Shown piece after piece: positions 62,729 through 64,000 of a stretch of DNA of 64,000 nucleotides. Numbering within the stretch: the first letter of the stretch is position 1; every line of letters begins with the position of its first letter. Under the pieces are notes generated by a model. It did no database searches, was not told the origin of the DNA, and worked only from the letters and a program-made list of their open reading frames with translations. The stretch is taken from positions 3,038,001 to 3,102,000 of the forward strand of contig CP158636.1 of assembly GCA_050273025.1 (NCBI GenBank), given 5' to 3'. The DNA comes from Cenococcum geophilum (Eukaryota). Made by a program: the position numbers and the translations under genes.

Positions 62729-64000
62729 CTACAACTTCCTAATATTCCGGCTGATCATGACGACCAACCCGGCGACAATCTTGATGCCAATCCGCAGCAC
62801 CCACACCACCGTCTTAAACGCAACCCCCAGCACGGTGATGATCGTCCGCGTGATAAAAGGCAGGCCGTCCTCCTTATCCTGCTTCGTTTTCTTCGCACCC
62901 TTCTGCTTCCCATCCTCCGACTGCCCGTACCAATTCTCCATCTCGATATCCTTCTCATGCGGCGATGCATGGCCCGTACGACTGCTGCGCAGACTCCACT
63001 TGCGGCCGGGTTTCGACTTGACCTTCCCCGCGCCAAAGGCCTCGAGGCCCTCGACGAAGCTCTCCTTCAGCGACGCGGCGCTGGACCTTGGTTTCTGGCC
63101 GCTGAGCAGGCTGCTCGGGGGCGGCGGCTCGAAGTGGGCGTTTGCGTTCTGCGGGGAGCGCGACGCGCGCACGCTCTCGGCCACCGCGACGGCGAGCAGC
63201 GTCGTCGCGGCCACGTCGACCAGGTACGGATTGCCGAAGCGCGTCAGTGCCGCGAGGTTGAGAATCAGCGAGTCGGTCGTGAAGTCGAGCCGTGCGAGGA
63301 CGGCGTCGTCGGCAGCGGCGTCGGTCGTCGTGGCTAGGTCTGCGAGGTCGACTTCTGAGGGCGTGGGCGAGCCGGCGCGGGAGCCGTGGCCGGTGGTGCG
63401 GGAGGGGGAGCGGGGTAGAGGAGGCGGAGGGTTGAAGGCGCGCGGGGAGGAGGGGGAGAGGATGTAGGGGTTTAGCAGCGTGATGGAGCCGGATTTGTTG
63501 CGGGTAGGTTGCTGCATCTGCGGCAGGTTGTGCCCGTAGACGGCGGTGGTGGGCCGGATCGACGGGGTGTTGATGTCGCCGCATTCGCCTTCGAGCTGCA
63601 CGGGGAACACGCCGAGCGTTGGGTGGTGCAGTTGGTATGTGCCTTGGGTCATGGCTTGCGCGAAGGGATTGTTGGTCTGGTGCGAGGGCAGCGGCTCACG
63701 CGTCCATGCTAGAGCGCAGCATTCGCGTTCTGCGGCGCCACGGAGAACATCCTGAGCAAGACGCTCAGCGGCAGGAGATACTGCGCCAGGATCGACCCAG
63801 GCGAGTTGGGAGGCTGCGGGGGAGTTTGCAGCAGCGTCGAGGGCAGCGAGAGCAGCGAGTTTAGGGTAGATTGATGTGAGGAGGGAGGACGAAACTTCGT
63901 TGAATTCACCATATTGCTGGAACGCGGCGTTTGCTGGCGGTGGTGCAACGAGAGAAAGGTGAGTGACCGGAAGGGCTCTAGGCTGGGTAGGATGGTGACG
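62729..64000 (-). CDS. Hypothetical fungal protein, 5' end beyond the window
   Basis: Frame is open from 64000 (RHHPTQPRALPVTHLSL...) through the tracked ORF to the stop at 62729; GC-rich codon usage; hydrophobic/basic C-terminal helix. Confidence 0.8.
   Translation of the reverse strand, partial: RHHPTQPRALPVTHLSLVAPPPANAAFQQYGEFNEVSSSLLTSIYPKLAALAALDAAANSPAASQLAWVDPGAVSPAAERLAQDVLRGAAERECCALAWTREPLPSHQTNNPFAQAMTQGTYQLHHPTLGVFPVQLEGECGDINTPSIRPTTAVYGHNLPQMQQPTRNKSGSITLLNPYILSPSSPRAFNPPPPLPRSPSRTTGHGSRAGSPTPSEVDLADLATTTDAAADDAVLARLDFTTDSLILNLAALTRFGNPYLVDVAATTLLAVAVAESVRASRSPQNANAHFEPPPPSSLLSGQKPRSSAASLKESFVEGLEAFGAGKVKSKPGRKWSLRSSRTGHASPHEKDIEMENWYGQSEDGKQKGAKKTKQDKEDGLPFITRTIITVLGVAFKTVVWVLRIGIKIVAGLVVMISRNIRKL

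Noticed and set aside
62660..63864. Long overlapping antisense and alternative-frame ORFs
   Set aside because: Expected shadow ORFs of a very GC-rich coding sequence.

Overview
Fungal (Pezizomycotina-type, RIP-competent) genomic window with two sharply separated compartments. About 1-45.5 kb is an AT-rich block of nested transposon relics carrying heavy CpA->TpA / TpG->TpA (RIP-like) mutation. It holds a mirror-symmetric 23-bp satellite (foldback-like palindrome), two Ty3/Gypsy relics, a Helitron Rep-helicase relic, Tad1-like LINE relics, three Ty1/Copia elements, a Tc1 (DD34E) element, a Fot1/pogo fragment, two hAT deletion derivatives, TA-flanked MITE-like elements, a 1.3-kb non-coding LTR element and four solo LTRs, most with readable target-site duplications. 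The same block contains an apparently intact intron-containing tRNA-Ser(CGA) gene and a RIP-destroyed spliced gene of unrecognised family. About 45.9-64 kb is ordinary gene-rich euchromatin: a small secreted protein, SAM50, UBC6, an HGT1-like MFS sugar porter, a Cid1-family nucleotidyltransferase, TFIIF large subunit (TFG1) and a partial hypothetical protein. All calls come from manual reading and motif recognition; no searches were run, and boundaries without a TSD are approximate.
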